Below, in pieces: positions 12,610 through 26,185 of a stretch of DNA of 64,000 bases. Position 1 is the stretch's first letter; each line of letters opens with the position of its first letter. Source of the stretch: Felis catus (Eukaryota); the NCBI RefSeq assembly GCF_018350175.1, contig NC_058368.1:14572001-14636000 (forward strand). Reading direction: 5' to 3'. The translations under genes and the position numbers were made by a program. The notes under the pieces are model-generated. The model did not search any database. It saw nothing but the letters and a program-made list of their open reading frames with translations, and was not told the origin of the DNA.

Positions 12610-13721
12610 GTGATAAAGCAATCTAGGGTCCTTGTGTTGTCTTCTGAGAGACTGATAAGGGACCCTCAGTTCCTTAAGGAGCCAGACCAGGCACGTCTCT
12701 CTTCCTTATCTGCAGAAACCGTTCCCTGCCTGGAGGTATGAGGATCCCTACTCCCCCACCTTGGGCTACAGAGCAACCCCCTCCTCTCCAGTGCGCAGCA
12801 TTACAGTTTGTTTTTGTTTCTCTCTTTAAAAAAAATAAATAAAAAGAAAGCCGATAAGCTGCTTAAATACAAAATGTATTTTCTTAGGGCTTTGTTCAGT
12901 TTAAGATGGCCGATCAGATGAGGAAAGGTGATTGGTCCCAGATGGACAGCTGTTCTGGGACCGGTGAGCCTGCAGAATTGTCAGGAAGGATCATCTCCCT
13001 GGCTCACAACCTCTGTTCCTGAAACTATACCACATCCTACCATATCCCCAACTCCACTTCATTAGTAGAAAAAAAAAAGCAAAGTTCGGGCTTCCATTTG
13101 CCATCTACTATACATTGTAAGTTTTTCTCAGGCAAAGAAACTTAAATGTAATGAACTCACAAGAAGCTTCTTGAGTGCCATACTTGTCGTGTTACCTCCA
13201 ACTGTCTCATGCTTGTTTTCATTTCTGATTGTTACCAAACCCAGAGCTAGAGGAGTGAGACTGTGTACACAAAAGAGAAGGTCTTACAGGACCAGGCAAC
13301 AAAAAATGCTCAATGACTAAGCATCAGTAGACTTGGCCTACGTTTTCCACAGCTGTTTGGAAAGCAGTCAGGATTAATAATGAATAGCTATATTTCTGGA
13401 CTTCATCAGGGGGTGGCCCATAGAAGAATGGGCACACAATGGCTTTTGAAAAAAAAAAAACACCCTGGAATGTCCACAGCTGGAGGGATGTGAAATTATA
13501 TCACACAGGGAGGGCTTTGGCTCAGATAGGAGTTCTGCTTCCTGGGGGACCCCAAGCAGGAGTTGCTCTTGTGCTGAAGAGCTGGCAAAGTGAAGCAGAA
13601 TATCAAGTGGCAAGGACAGGAATCACCCAGCTGACTGAGAAGGAAATAATGAATACTCAGTTTCAAGTGTTTAGCAGAAAATATAGCAAGGAGGACGTTT
13701 CCTTAGGAATAATGTTGATAA

Positions 13722-13900
13722 GGGGCTCCTGAGTGGCTCAGTCGGTAGAGCGGCTGACTCTTGATTTCAGCTCGGGTCCTGTGGTTCATGAGATCAAGCC
13801 CCCCATCAGGCTCTGTGCCAACAGTAGGGAGCCTGCTTGGGATTGTCTTTCTGTCTCTCTCTCTCTCTCTCTCAGGATAAATACATAAACTTAAAAAAAA
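13722..13900 (+). mobile_element. CanSINE
   Basis: ggggctcctgagtggctcagtcgg head, (CT)n and A tail. Diverged TSD aataatgttgataa / aataatgtcgataa. Confidence 0.93.
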
Positions 13901-14402
13901 GAAATAATGTCGATAACATGATATTCTGAAAATGAACCCTAATAATAACACATCTATCAATCAAATTTTTCTGTAAGGAAAGAACATCCTGATGTATAAA
14001 TCTGCCATTGAGATATGAGCTGGGCTGGGACAAGAGTGAGGCAACCCTAACAGAGCATGAAGAGGGATAGGATTTAAATCTCATCAGAGTAACTCCTTAA
14101 GTCTTACCCGGTGAAGAGCTTCACCAACTTTTATATCAGGCCAGAAATAGAAGTTCATTTTATAATTTGCAGTGTTTCATGGGTAGTACTTTTCACATTG
14201 TGTGGTTATGGTTTTCATTTCCAAGCGTGGGTCTAATCTTTGATTTCTTCCATAAAGTCCTAAATTCAAGAAATTCTCTAGGTTTTGTCATAGAGGTCTC
14301 TGCACAGAGAGAAACTTATGGCACCATTAAGGACAAGAGTTTGGTTCCCTAAATGGGATAAAACGAGGAAAGTAGCCTCCAACCAAGACTCGCCAATGAA
14401 TT

Positions 14403-14769
14403 TGTATCAGTCTGCTCAGGCTACCATAACAAAATACCACAGGTTTAAACAACAGAAAATTAGACTTCTAATATCAACGTGCCTCAGGGATGCTTTTCTG
14501 GTGAGGTCTCTCTTCCTGGCTTATAGATGGCTATCTTCCTGCTGCGTCTTCATATGGCATTTTTTCTCTTTGTTCTCAGACATCTCTGTTGTCTCTTCCT
14601 ATTCCTATAAGGACACCAGTTCTATTGGATTAGGGCCCCACTCTTATGACCTCATTAACCTCAGTTACCTCCTTATAGGCTTTACCTCCAAATAAGCTCA
14701 CATTCTGAGGTGCTGGGGGTTAGGGATTCAACGTATGCATTCTGGGAGGACACTATTCAGTCCATAACA
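14403..14769 (-). mobile_element. MaLR solo LTR (MLT1A/B-like)
   Basis: Starts tgtatcagtctgctcaggctaccataacaaaataccac and ends attcagtccataaca, giving TG...CA termini. Confidence 0.88.
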
Positions 14770-16251
14770 ATTGCTTTATGGAGGGTCATTTGTGACACTT
14801 GAGACTATGACAGAATCCCAGACTTGTATATCCCTCTCAGCTGAGAGCAGAAGCATTGCCTTCACAAGACATGGTTTTGAGTCTTCTATCCCTTATCTGC
14901 TAAGGTCAGCTCAGGCAAGTTTCTTAACAGGGTCTTTGTGAGGGTCACATAAGACACTATGTGAAAATGTGTGGTCCTGAGCCCTACACATAGGAGATAA
15001 ATAATATAATTGAATATGACTCTTTGTGATCATTCTATATGTTTCAGAAGGGTATGACCAAAATGTTATGGGTGGGTGGGGTCCAATAAGGGACTTAAAT
15101 GGCTAGAAGATTGATCATTTTAAGATAAAGCAACTTGAATCTATTTCCACAGTATTTCAGGGTTAGTTAATTTTCTCATTTTGCCTCCCTTATACCAAAA
15201 TATGAACAGCTGGACTACCAGAAATGTTCTTCTTTGCCCTATTTTCTGAAGTTGCCTTTCTTTTCCTTCCAAAAATGAAAAAGGATTAGGATTAACAGTT
15301 AGATAAACTAGTGCATGTGTGTCTTTCATGGAGAGACAGCAGAATTCACTTACCCAGTTAGTCATTATTCGAACAATCAAACACTCTATCCTGAAGCCCT
15401 TTAAACTGATATTGTGTTGAATGATGTCACTAATGTTAACTGACAGTTTGCTGGAAACCATCTCTTAAAAACTCTCATTTTCTGTTCAAGACCTGTTTAT
15501 TTTGTTACAGAATTAGAAATCAAGGAGGAACTTCCAGAAAGAAAAAGTGTATATGTGTGTGTGCATGTATATGTTCTGGCTTTTATACTAGGAAGGTCAT
15601 TTGCAAGAGAGGGAAAAAAAAAAAACCACGAAACAAGTAGAAATGAAATTAGACCTATGTTTATACAGTTCTCCACATTGGCCCAGGACTTATTTTTGAA
15701 AGTTTGTAAACTAGCCTTCCAGTTTAAATTGAATAAGTAGGTGCAGCTGAGTAAATGGAGAGACCTGGTTTTGCAGCCATGTGTTTTCACTTTAAAATTA
15801 CATTGAAGAGGAACAGAGGGGGTTAGAAACAAAAATAAGAAAGAGAGATATAAGACAGACTACATTTAAAGGGAAAATGTGAGAAAACGAAGAGTCAAAA
15901 CAGAAGTCCTCTCTGCTTGGCCCTAGGGGCCGGCAGCCACTGTACCCTGAAGGGGGTGGGGGTTGGGGGCGTGGAGAGCAGCCTTTCCAGAGCCGTGTCC
16001 CCACAGACCTGAGGATGGATGTACAACCTGTGAGAGGGGAAAGGATCCGCCCACCAAAAGGTGAGGCGCTGGGACAGGACTTGAAAGGATCAGGAGACAT
16101 TCTGGGATGGCCTGGGTTTAAGACCTCTTCCTCCAGGAGTCACCCCATAGCCTCCCCATGGAAGAGCTATTCATCTGCTCATCTTCAAGACCAACCTAAA
16201 ATTAATGGCTTGTTCCTCTAAGCCAGAACAGCGACTTCCCCTACAGCTACT

Positions 16252-16635
16252 TGTGGGTTGAATTGTGTACGTCCAAAATTCATAGGTTGAAATCCCAACT
16301 TCCAGCATCTGAAAACGTATCCATATCTGGAGATATGGTCTTTTAAGAGGTAAATGGGTTAAAATGAGGCTGCTAGTGTTAGCCCTAATCCAGTAGGACT
16401 GGTGTCCTTATAAGAAGAACAGAATCAGTCGTATGTTCGTGCGGACGAAAGGCCATGTGAGGACACAGTGAGAAGACAGCTTTTTACAAGCCAAGGAGAG
16501 AGGCCTCAGGAGAAGCCCTGCCAGCACCTTGATCTTGAACTTCCAGTCTCCAGAATGGTGAGAAAATAGATTTCTGTTGTTTAAGTCACACAGTCTGTGG
16601 TATTTTGTTAACGCTCCTTTAGCAAACTGATTTAC
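16252..16635 (+). mobile_element. MaLR solo LTR (MLT1B-like)
   Basis: tgtgggttgaattgtgt... gccctaatccagtaggactggtgtccttataagaag ... ttgaacttccagtctccagaa..gagaaaatagatttctgttgtttaag. Confidence 0.88.
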
Positions 16636-16868
16636 TACTGAAGAAAACCACTCCCACAGCACCGATGGTGGGTAGTTTTCTTGCCTGTCCCATCATGAAA
16701 AGTATAGGTTGGCTTCGCAACCTAACAGCAATGCAACTGCTTTGTTCTGCTTCCTTAACTGCCCAGGGTGAGTTGTAAAAACCATCTGGAAACTGTGTCA
16801 TTACTCAGGGACTTCTGGGTCATTCTAAAATATTTCCATCAACCAACCCTTGTAATCTACGGTGTCCC

Positions 16869-17329
16869 TGTTATGGGTTGAATTGTGCTTCCCCAGCCCC
16901 CCCAAAAGGATATGTTAGAGTCCTAACCCCCAGTACCTCAGCAAGCGACCTTATTTGGAAAGAGTCTTTACAGAGGTAATCAAGTTAAGATGAGGTCATC
17001 TGCATGGGCCCTAATCCAATATGACTGGTATTCTTATAAAAGAAGAAATTTGGACACAAACAAACACAGGTAGAATACCATGTGAGGATGAAGGCAGAGA
17101 TCAGAGTGATGTGTCTACAAGCCAAGGAACACCAAAGATTGCCAGCAAACCACTGGAAGCTAAGCAAGAGGGGTGGAATAGATTCTCCCTCATGGCCCTC
17201 TGAAGGAACCAACCCTATCAATCGTGTTTGATCTCAGATTTGTGGCTTCCAGAACATTGAGACAGTAAATCCCCATCGTTTAAGCCCCCTGGTCTTAATT
17301 TGTTACTGGAGACCCAGGACATTCTTACA
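16869..17329 (+). mobile_element. MaLR solo LTR (MLT1C-like)
   Basis: tgttatgggttgaattgtg... caagccaaggaacaccaaagattgccagcaaaccactggaagctaag...ggaatagattctccctca. Confidence 0.9.
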
Positions 17330-17791
17330 GCCTCTCTGTGCAGTGTTTGTCTTCTCATCTCCTGGAAATGTGACAAGAATTACCTCCTGTGGTTCTAGTT
17401 GGCATCTGTAGTTCCAGGCAGGTATGGAGGCTTGATAATTTGACATATTTGGTCTACGAGAGTAGATGTCTCAGACTCCTCTCTTCCACCCTCACCCCCA
17501 CACTCACACCTAACGGCTGTGACTCGCTCTGTCCCTGAGCCCCCAGTCGGCTTCCTCTCTCCAGAATTGTCTTCCATGCCCACACCCATCCCCCACTCCT
17601 GATCTCAGGATTTCTCTCAGTTGCCTTTTAAAAAGTCTTCCTTTACCCTTTCTCACCCCTACCCAAGCTGCCTGAAAGCCCTCTAGGAATTCTGTCTTTT
17701 TTGGATCCCCTAACTTAGACCCTGGTATATATTAGGTACTGGGTTAATGTTCATTGAAAAATAGTATTGAATGGTATAGTGTTAAGACAGA

Positions 17792-18548
17792 TGTATTCAT
17801 CTATTACTATGTTATTAATTACTCCAAACTTTACAGTTTATTCTCTCACAGTTTCTGTGAGATAGGATTGGGAGCTCCACTGGGTTTCAGGCAAGCTATT
17901 GGCCGAGACTGGCTAAGATAAAATACAAAGATCACTTAAGTGGCTGCTGGTAGGCTTCGGTTTCTTGCTGGCCATGAACATCTCCTCGGTTCCTCACCAC
18001 CACGTGGGCCTCCATGGACTGCCTGAGCATCCTTAGGGCATGGTGCTGGCTGCCCCCCAGAGTGAGTGACTGAGACAGAGCCACAGACTCTTTTTTTTTT
18101 TCAGCTTTATTGAGGTACGATTGACAAATTGAAATTGTGTGTATTTAAGGTGTACAACATGATATTTTGATATATGTGAATATTGTGAAATAATCACTGC
18201 AATCAAGATAATTAACAATATCTCACATAGTTAATACCTAAGATGTAGTCTGTACAATATAGTATTATTAACTATGGTCACCATGCTGTTCATGAGATCT
18301 CCAGAATTGATTCGCCTTGTGTAACTGAGGCTTTGCACCTCTTGCTGAGCACCTTCCCATTTCCACCACCTGTGGCTCCTGGCAACTACCATTCCACTCT
18401 GAGCCACAGACTCTTACAACCTAATCTTGGAAATGACATACTGTAACTTCTGCTATACCTGTGGATATAATGTGTGAGGAAATCACACAGGATGTGCCCA
18501 CCAGGAGGTAGGAATCATTGGTGCCATCTTGGAAGCTCTCTACCACAG
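17792..18548 (-). mobile_element. Older MaLR LTR (MLT1, subfamily uncertain) interrupted by an L1 fragment
   Basis: ttattctctcacagtttctgtg ... ggcatggtgctggctgccccccagagtgag ... ggtgccatcttggaagct..ctaccaca. Confidence 0.65.
18093..18400 (-). mobile_element. 5'-truncated L1 3' end (L1MA9/L1_Carn-like), about 310 bp
   Basis: Poly-T followed by cagctttattgaggtacgattgacaaat...gtcaccatgctg..agatctccagaa. Perfect 15-bp TSD gagccacagactctt at 18078-18092 and 18401-18415. Confidence 0.9.
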
Positions 18549-20519
18549 TAGACATAGGGTTCAAATCCCAGACCTTCCTCTGACTGACTCTGGGCCCAGC
18601 AGTTGCCTTTATGAATCTTCTTTACTTGATTCTTATCTGCATAATGATGTTAATAATTGCAAGGTGATCAGCTATTTAAGCTATTAAGCATACATTGACT
18701 CATTTAATGGGTACATCAATCCCCAGAGGCCTGGGTTACTTCCATCTTCACAGATGGAGAACCACTGGCTAAAATTCAGGAGGTCACCTAAACAGTAACA
18801 GTGACTGAGGCTGTGGACTTGAACTCAGGTCTGTCTCTTTCCTGAGCTACCATGTTTTCCATGTATAAAACGGAGATGTTGGGCTCCTGATTCCCAGGAG
18901 GTTGGCCTGCTTTCTACTGCACTCTGATCTTCCTGTGGCCTGGAGCAGCTCCACTTCCCTGAGGCCCATTGTATCTTCAGGCGATTCGCACACTGTCCTT
19001 GGGAGAGATTCTGTCTTTGAACAGAGGTGGGCTGTTTTGTCTGTCTCTGTAAGACCGCAGGGATCACCCCCACCCGATTGCACAGTCCCCAGGTGTCACT
19101 TAGGGTAACTGGCTGTGACATGCACCTTAGTCAGGTCACAAGCTGATACCCTCACTTCATCTTTCTTTCCAAATATTTATTTCTGCTACTTTGAGGAGAA
19201 ATTTCTAGACCAAACAAGCCTGTGGTTGGGAGCTATTTGCTGTAGGCCAGGGACACCTATTGAGGATAGTGAGCCTGTGAACAGAAGTCACCCTCCTCTG
19301 CATTGGCTGGGTAGGAGAGACAGGGCTATCACATTTGTGACAAGAGCCCTCAGCCTGGGCTCCTGCACTTCAGAAAGGACCACAGTCCCCAAGCCTTCAG
19401 ACTGAGGATCTCATTTCCCCAGTCCCTTGGTGATCACACTTCAGGACTCTCTTGATTCCTATGCAAAATCCACCCCATCCGCTCCTCTGATCACCAGAGC
19501 TGGCCGCCTGGTGGAGGCTGGAACTGGCCTGCAGTCCTATGTTGGCTCCCCATGTCGAGGCCCCTCGTGTCTGGCCTGCTCCCCGTCACTCTCCCTGACA
19601 GAAACGTCCATGCTATGGCAACCCCACAGAACTGTCTCTATGCACCTTGGAACTGAGTTGGGATCAATGACTTGACACGACTGACCCTCCACCTGCCCTC
19701 CCCTCCTCTTTCCCCATCTATCTTCCTCTTTCCCAACCCTGTTTGCTATTACCAGGAGCAAACAACAGGTCCACATTTAAACTCAAAAGTAGGAGACTTG
19801 TGTTTCGAAAATCTGCAGCAGGCTCAGCTTCTAGACAGTTCTATCACCCTCTCCCCACAGTTCTGGGGAGCCTGAGGGCAGAGCACGTCTCTCCCCCCAC
19901 CCCAGTCTGCAAAGTCAAGGCGAAGCCTCCTGAGGAATTCTGGAACGTTATGGCAGCTAGCAGGAATTTCATGAGTGACCCTGCCTCTGTGGGAGGATCT
20001 TCAAGAAAGGCCTTCGGAGGATGTGGGACTGAGTTCCCTATGTTAGGGTACTGCACCCGTGAGGAGGGTGTGGGATCAGGAAGGCTGACTGGCTTCAGGA
20101 CCCAGTCTTTTCACACCACAGCCGTGTTCTTAAGCAGGCAAAGCAACTGACGCTCGGCAAGCGTGTTGTGTTACAGCACAGCCAAGCCAGCCAGGTGGCA
20201 GGGCCTCGCGGAGCCCAGCACCGGTGGGTGACGAATGACAGCCCTCCCTATCTGTGTAATACAGGGTGAATCAGAGAGCCCCTAACCCTGGGCCCCGTTC
20301 TCCCTTACCCCACAGTTACCAGAAGGCGCAGTTTCCGTTCCCCCAACAAGTCCTACAGTGCTTCTCTCATTCCTGCCTTTTGAGTACCCTTACCCAATCT
20401 ATTGATTTCCCTTGTTTAATAGGGTTTAAGCTGTGGAGGGAGACCGCCGGGGCCTTAATCTTGGGACGCTACACGGACCTTCAAACCTGAAGCCCACCAG
20501 CCAGAGACACCTGCCAGGA

Positions 20520-20730
20520 AGGCTGTGTGGAATCGTTAAAAAGAGCTTTGTTCTGATAGTGGACAGGTCCCACTCCATTCCAACGGTGGCACTTTGGACA
20601 AGGCCCACGAGATAGTGAAACTTCTCGCTTGCCTCGCAAATAGGGACAGTAGTATCCACTTCGCAGGGTTACCGTGGGGGAGAAAACGCACGTGAAATGC
20701 CTCGCCTGTGGTACCTGTTCAGCTTAACAG
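20520..20730 (+). mobile_element. MIR remnant
   Basis: cttctcgcttgcctcgcaaatagggacagtagtatccacttcgcagggttaccgtgggg is a degenerate MIR core. Confidence 0.5.
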
Positions 20731-23096
20731 CTTTCCTTTCCCTCTTTCCCCTCGAACTGATTCATTCATCCAGGTGGGGTGAGGAAGGACCGTAGCCAGG
20801 AGGTCATGTGAGAAATGGCAAGTGTAGACATCGCTGTAACTTCTGTTCTCGTGTTCCTGCTGTTTTCAGATTCCGCAGTCACAGCCTCACCCCGGGAGGC
20901 TCAGGACACCCTAGAGTGAGCTTCTCTGAAAAATAGAGTTGCCACTCGCCTACCAGCCCACGTTGCATTTGATTACCACATAATGAAATGATTTTCCTTC
21001 CCTCTTTTATTTCCTCTCCTTCTTTCCTTCTGAGACAAATGGAAAAATAATTTGATCCCCTTGAATCTTTTCACCCTGGGTATTTTCCCCCTTCACACCG
21101 AGCACCGCCCCTTGATAAATGAGAACACATGTGCTGAAAACCCGGCCTTCACCCTCTTGACTCAGGCTCCTCCTCCTCTCGGGACTCGGCTTTCCTTTCA
21201 AACCCCCTGAATAAATTCATCACAGCAGGAAGAACATTGTTTTTCTTCAAAACTTGGGGGAAAAAGCAAATCCCATATCACAATTATTCCATTTCACAGG
21301 GAAAATGCTGCCCTTTAATCTCCCGAGTTTCTTCTCTCCAACTCTGAAGGCTGTGGCCGAGGTGACTTACAGACTAATACAGCTGCTTTTGCAAAATCTG
21401 CACTGATTCATTACCTCAGGGAGCCAAAGGGTGACACACACATATTTTGAATATTATCCTGTGGGCAGATCTGCAGTGTGGCTTGACTTGGGGAGTTTCT
21501 ACTTCTTGACATGTTCACATGCGGACACTTTCGATGGAGTCTGTGCTTAAAAAATAACCCTCGATACAATTCTTTCACTTGAAGGTTGAACTTTCTGGAA
21601 AATGTGCTGTGAACCTAGTATGTTCGTCCACTGTTGTTCCTCTAGCGTCCTAGCCCCTTAGAAAACAAGCCCCTTTTCCTTTAACAAAAACACACACGAT
21701 GACAAATGCCCAGTGCCACAGAAATTAAGCTCTTTGGTTTGACCATCTTCCGTAGCAGACATCAGAGAAGCAGGATGTCTTCTTGAACCAAAACATCTGC
21801 CCAAGAATTCCTATAAACTTCCTTACACTTCATCTCAAGAAAATCTCCCTGACGCTGAGCATACTTCTCCCTTGCTGCCAGGCGTCTTTCTGTTTACATA
21901 GCCTTTGTTTACATGTGCCCCCTGTTAATAAAAAATCGGTATTTATCAGATGCACTCAAGCACCTTGGAAACTAATTTTCTTTCAAACTCAAGAACTTCC
22001 TGGGAAGGAATAAAAGGAGCAGAGAGTTGTGTTGGCAAGCCTCCATCGCGTGGCCATTTATTGTCATGGAATGTAGCAGAAGACGGCTCCCGCTATTTCC
22101 TTTGATTTTGCTGTGTAAATCTGCTCTCACCTAAAGCCTGACCACATGACGGTGCAGACACACATTAACCTGATTATTTCTGTCTGAGCTGTGTGTGAAA
22201 TGTGCACTCTAAATTGCACATAAAAATGTTCCCCAAAATAGTACCACCTGCCCGGAGGAGTATCATTTTCTTTCACAAAGACAGACCCAAATGTGTTTCT
22301 GGGATTCTGTAGCCTCCAGGCAGATGAGGATTGTCTCCCTGTCCGCGTTGGGTGTGAGCCGAGGCTGGCCTGGGGCTTCCCTCCCCATGCAGGCAGGGAC
22401 TCTGGAGGCCTCCCCGGGTGTTTGGGGCTCTTGCTCAGAAGACTGTCTCAGAGACCGGGGAGCAATGTCTCCCTATCAAAATGGGGGACAATAGAGGACA
22501 GCAAGGTGGTGGGAGTGTGGGTGAGAGAGGCTGGAATGAAGTGAGCAGAGAACAAAGAAGCAGAAGGAGGTAGGAAACAAACCCCCACAAGCCACAGAAG
22601 AGCTTTCCAAGAACAAGACAGAGAAGCCTGGGGAGGAAGAAAGAGAAAGGAATGTAAAACCAAAAACATGACCGTTGTCTCAGTCTTTTAAAGGCACAAT
22701 GAAAACTGAACCCAGGACAGCAAGATCAAATTATTGTGATTTCTCCTGATTAATGAGAGCAGTTGAACCTCCTGTTACCTTTCAAACATCTGCCGTGACC
22801 TTGCCAATTAAAAGAAGAAGAGGAAATTCAGAAGGAGAAAGAAAGGTGTTTTGCCCATGTAGGGGCACCTTGTGAGCTTTTTTTCTCAAAATAGCTCTGT
22901 CCTTGACTTACTAGCTTCTTTGCCTGGAGAAAAGGGAGTCATCTCATCCCCTCTTTGGGGGCCAGCCTTGCAAATGTGCCATTTCCTAATTATCTGGGGC
23001 TGAGCAGAGGAACCACACAAAGACCTGAAAATCCTCATAATTTTCTTGGTCATTTTATGCTCTGGATATGCATAGCTTTAAGAAACGAAGCATGGA

Positions 23097-23315
23097 GGGG
23101 CACCTGGGGGGCTCAGTCAGTTAAGCATCCAACTCTTGATTTTGGTTCAGGTCATGATCTCACTTCGTGAGATGGAGCCCCCATCAGGCTCAGCGCTGAG
23201 TGTGGAGCTTGCTTGGGATTCTCTCTCTCCCTCTCTCTCTTCCCCTCTTCTACTGGTTCTCTCCCTCCCTCCCTCTCTCTCTTTCTCTCAAAATAAATAA
23301 ACTTTAAGAAAAAAA
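23097..23315 (+). mobile_element. CanSINE
   Basis: Head, CT tract, aaataaataaac and A tail. Diverged TSD aagaaacgaagcatg / aagaaactaggcatg. Confidence 0.93.
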
Positions 23316-23951
23316 AAGAAACTAGGCATGTAAGACAGTAGAATATCTTAGCAGTTAGGGTAGAATAATTCAGAACAATAAGTTGTCCATCGATGTCTGT
23401 GTTAGCTCAGAAGGCTGAAGGCTGGGCTACTTTCTCACATGCTTTGGTGCTGCCTCCACTCCTAATCGTCTGGGGCCCTTCATCCTTATCCTCAGACTGT
23501 GGTTTTTGCTACTATTTTCATGTTAATCAAGCTCCTCAAAAATAATCAATGTCTTGTCTACACATCCTCAGCTCTGCTCCTGTACCAGAACTCTGTAGAC
23601 TGACCCAGACCCTGCCCTGGCAGCTTATTGGCAACCTCTGACCACCAAAGGTAGAGGGAGCCTACCCTCTACCATCTCTTGTCATCTCCATGTCTGCTGA
23701 AGTTAACCTCTCCCTTCTAGAATCTCTCTCCTCTCTGAGCTTCCCATCACACTCTCTCCTATTCTCCTCTGCCTGTTGTGACTTCTAATTCTTCCCCTCC
23801 CCAGCAGGCTCCTGTTCTTTAGTCCATTCCTAGGTGTTAGTTTCTTTCTCACAGTCTCAAATGAGCCACCCAGCCCAAGTCCCAGCCAACACGGCCCTCT
23901 GCATTTTGCTGCTACACCCCCAGCTGTGAGGAAACTGTTCTTACCAAGGTC

Positions 23952-24434
23952 TGTGTGGGAAGCTGAGTCCTGGCCCCCAAAGACATCCATATCCTAATCC
24001 TTGTAACTGGAGGATGTGACTTCACATGGCAAAAGGGACTTTGCCGATGTGATTAAGTTAAGGATCTTGAGAATGGGAGCTGATTCTGGATTATCTGGAT
24101 GGACCCTAAACATTATCATGAGTATCCTTATATGAGTGACGCAAAAGGAAATGTGACAGAGAAGAGGAAAAGGCAACGTGACGTTGAAAGCCAATACCAG
24201 AGTGGCCAATTCCACCACCAGCCAAATAACACTAGCAGCCTCTAGAAACTGGAAGAGGCAAGGGACATTTTCCCCCCTAGAGCCTCCAGAGGACCCAGCC
24301 CTGCTGACACCTTGTCTTTACCCCAAAGAGACTGATTTTAGACCTCTGGCCTCTAGAACCATGAGAAAATAAATATGTATTGTTTCAAGGCACCAAATTT
24401 GTGGCAGTTATAGCCGCCACAGAAAACTAATACA
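23952..24434 (+). mobile_element. MaLR solo LTR (MLT1D-like)
   Basis: ggcccccaaagacatccatatcctaatcc; catggcaaaagggactttgccgatgtgattaagttaaggatcttgaga; ends gaaaactaataca. Confidence 0.9.
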
Positions 24435-25764
24435 GTCTTCAAGAGTGGCTCATTAAGACATCCATTGGATATCTTTCAATCTCCATGTCTCCTGGCAGAA
24501 GTATTTGGTACCATTGATCATTCCCTTTGGAACCTCCTCCTTCTTTGACTCTCACCCACTGCTCAGCAGCCAATCAAGAGCCAGGTATTTCACTAACCAA
24601 GCCTTGGAAGCTCTCACTGTCTCTTGCCTGCACCCCTCTGTGTCCTGCCTAGACTACTTCTAGTCCATGTCAACATCCACTTAACCCCACAACTTATTGC
24701 TGCCAACTTGTCAATGTCATATGATACAGTTGTATAACCCAATAGATACAGTTGTAATTATGCTGGTGAAAAAAATAATTCTTGGATGTAAACATTTTTA
24801 AATACGGCAGAATGTATTCTGTAAGCTTGATTCAACTCTCCCCCTCCTTTTTAAGAGTATACCAGGAAACCCAAATAAAATGGCTTCTGTCTCTAGAACT
24901 CCAAGGAACTGGCTGGAAGGGGGATGGCCACCCTGCTTCTTGTCTTCCTCCCTGTCCTGCACTTCCCATGATATAGGCTGTGATGCCCTGTTAGCTCCTT
25001 AGTTCTCTGGTCAAAATTGTTCTCCTCAAGGTCACCACAACCCAGACTCCGTTTGCCTCAACTCTCCATCGACAGAAATTTTCTGAAGTCTTTCTTGGAG
25101 GTCAGTGTTATAAACTTTAGTTCTAAACAAAACAAAACAAACCTGTAGCTCCTAAAGATTGGACCCTCAGACCCTTTAGCGAGATCTCTTTAGCATGATG
25201 AAGAAACTCGCCTGCTTTGCCCTCCCTACATTTAAAGCCCACGTTTCATTTTAATTCCTGCCTAAGCACATTCTTCAATTCTCTGAGATTGAATTGGGGT
25301 TGAAGATTGTTGTTTCTGTAGATGCAGACATCACTATGGTCTTGCTTTCCAATATTAGATTTTTTAAAAATCTATAATAAAACCACGGAGACTATAACAC
25401 CCTTAGGCAAAATAATTTCTCTCTGCAAATTCACAAAGAATCTTTCTATTTCTTTCCTTTTCTATCACTTCCTCCCCTTGGTCTCCCTCTTGTCTCCCAC
25501 ATCACCTATCCCAAATCATCCATCCCAAAACCTCATCTGATTATGTCTCTGTCCAGTCCCCCATGACTCCCCACAACCTTCTGGATATCCTCACTTCCAT
25601 TCGTCCCATTCCCTTGCCCACACTCTGGTTCCAGAAACATTCAGCCACTTACAGGTGCCAGAATATTGGACAGCAGGGCCTGGTTTCCATGTCTCCCTGG
25701 CTCTCAAACATTCTTTCCCTCATTAAACCAACAGTACCTCATACACATACACTTAAAAATTCCT

Positions 25765-26185
25765 TTTGGTAATTTCATAGTAATTTCAAACATGAAAAAC
25801 TTGGGAAACTAGTAAAATAATTCCCTAAATGTTAACATTTTACAGGGAATAGTACAATTATCAGTGTCAGGAAAATAACATTGATCCAACACTATTATCT
25901 AATCTACATAACTTACTAAACCTACTAAAACTAAACCAAGTTTTAGCAATTGTCCCACTGGTGTCATTTTTGTGTTCCAGTTTCTAATCTAGAAGTACCT
26001 CTTGCATTTAGTTGCTACGTCAACTGAGTTGCCTTTGTTGTGGCCTATTTCTTGGTTTCCCTCATCTTGCATGGCCTTCACACTTTTGAAGAGCATTGGC
26101 CAGTTGTTTTGTGGTGTCATTCCCAGTCTGTGTATGTCTGATGTTTCCTCATGATTGAGTTCAAGTTATGCGTTTTTGGCAACAA
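25765..26185 (-). mobile_element. Ancient L1 (L1MC-like) 3'UTR fragment
   Basis: ttgcatttagttg..., cttttgaagagcattggccagttgttttgt, tctgatgtttcctcatgattgagttcaagttatgc. Confidence 0.6.

Noticed and set aside
12252..14769. Two same-strand MLT1 LTRs about 1.8 kb apart as one MaLR provirus
   Set aside because: The intervening DNA does not resemble MLT1 internal sequence, and I see no shared TSD.
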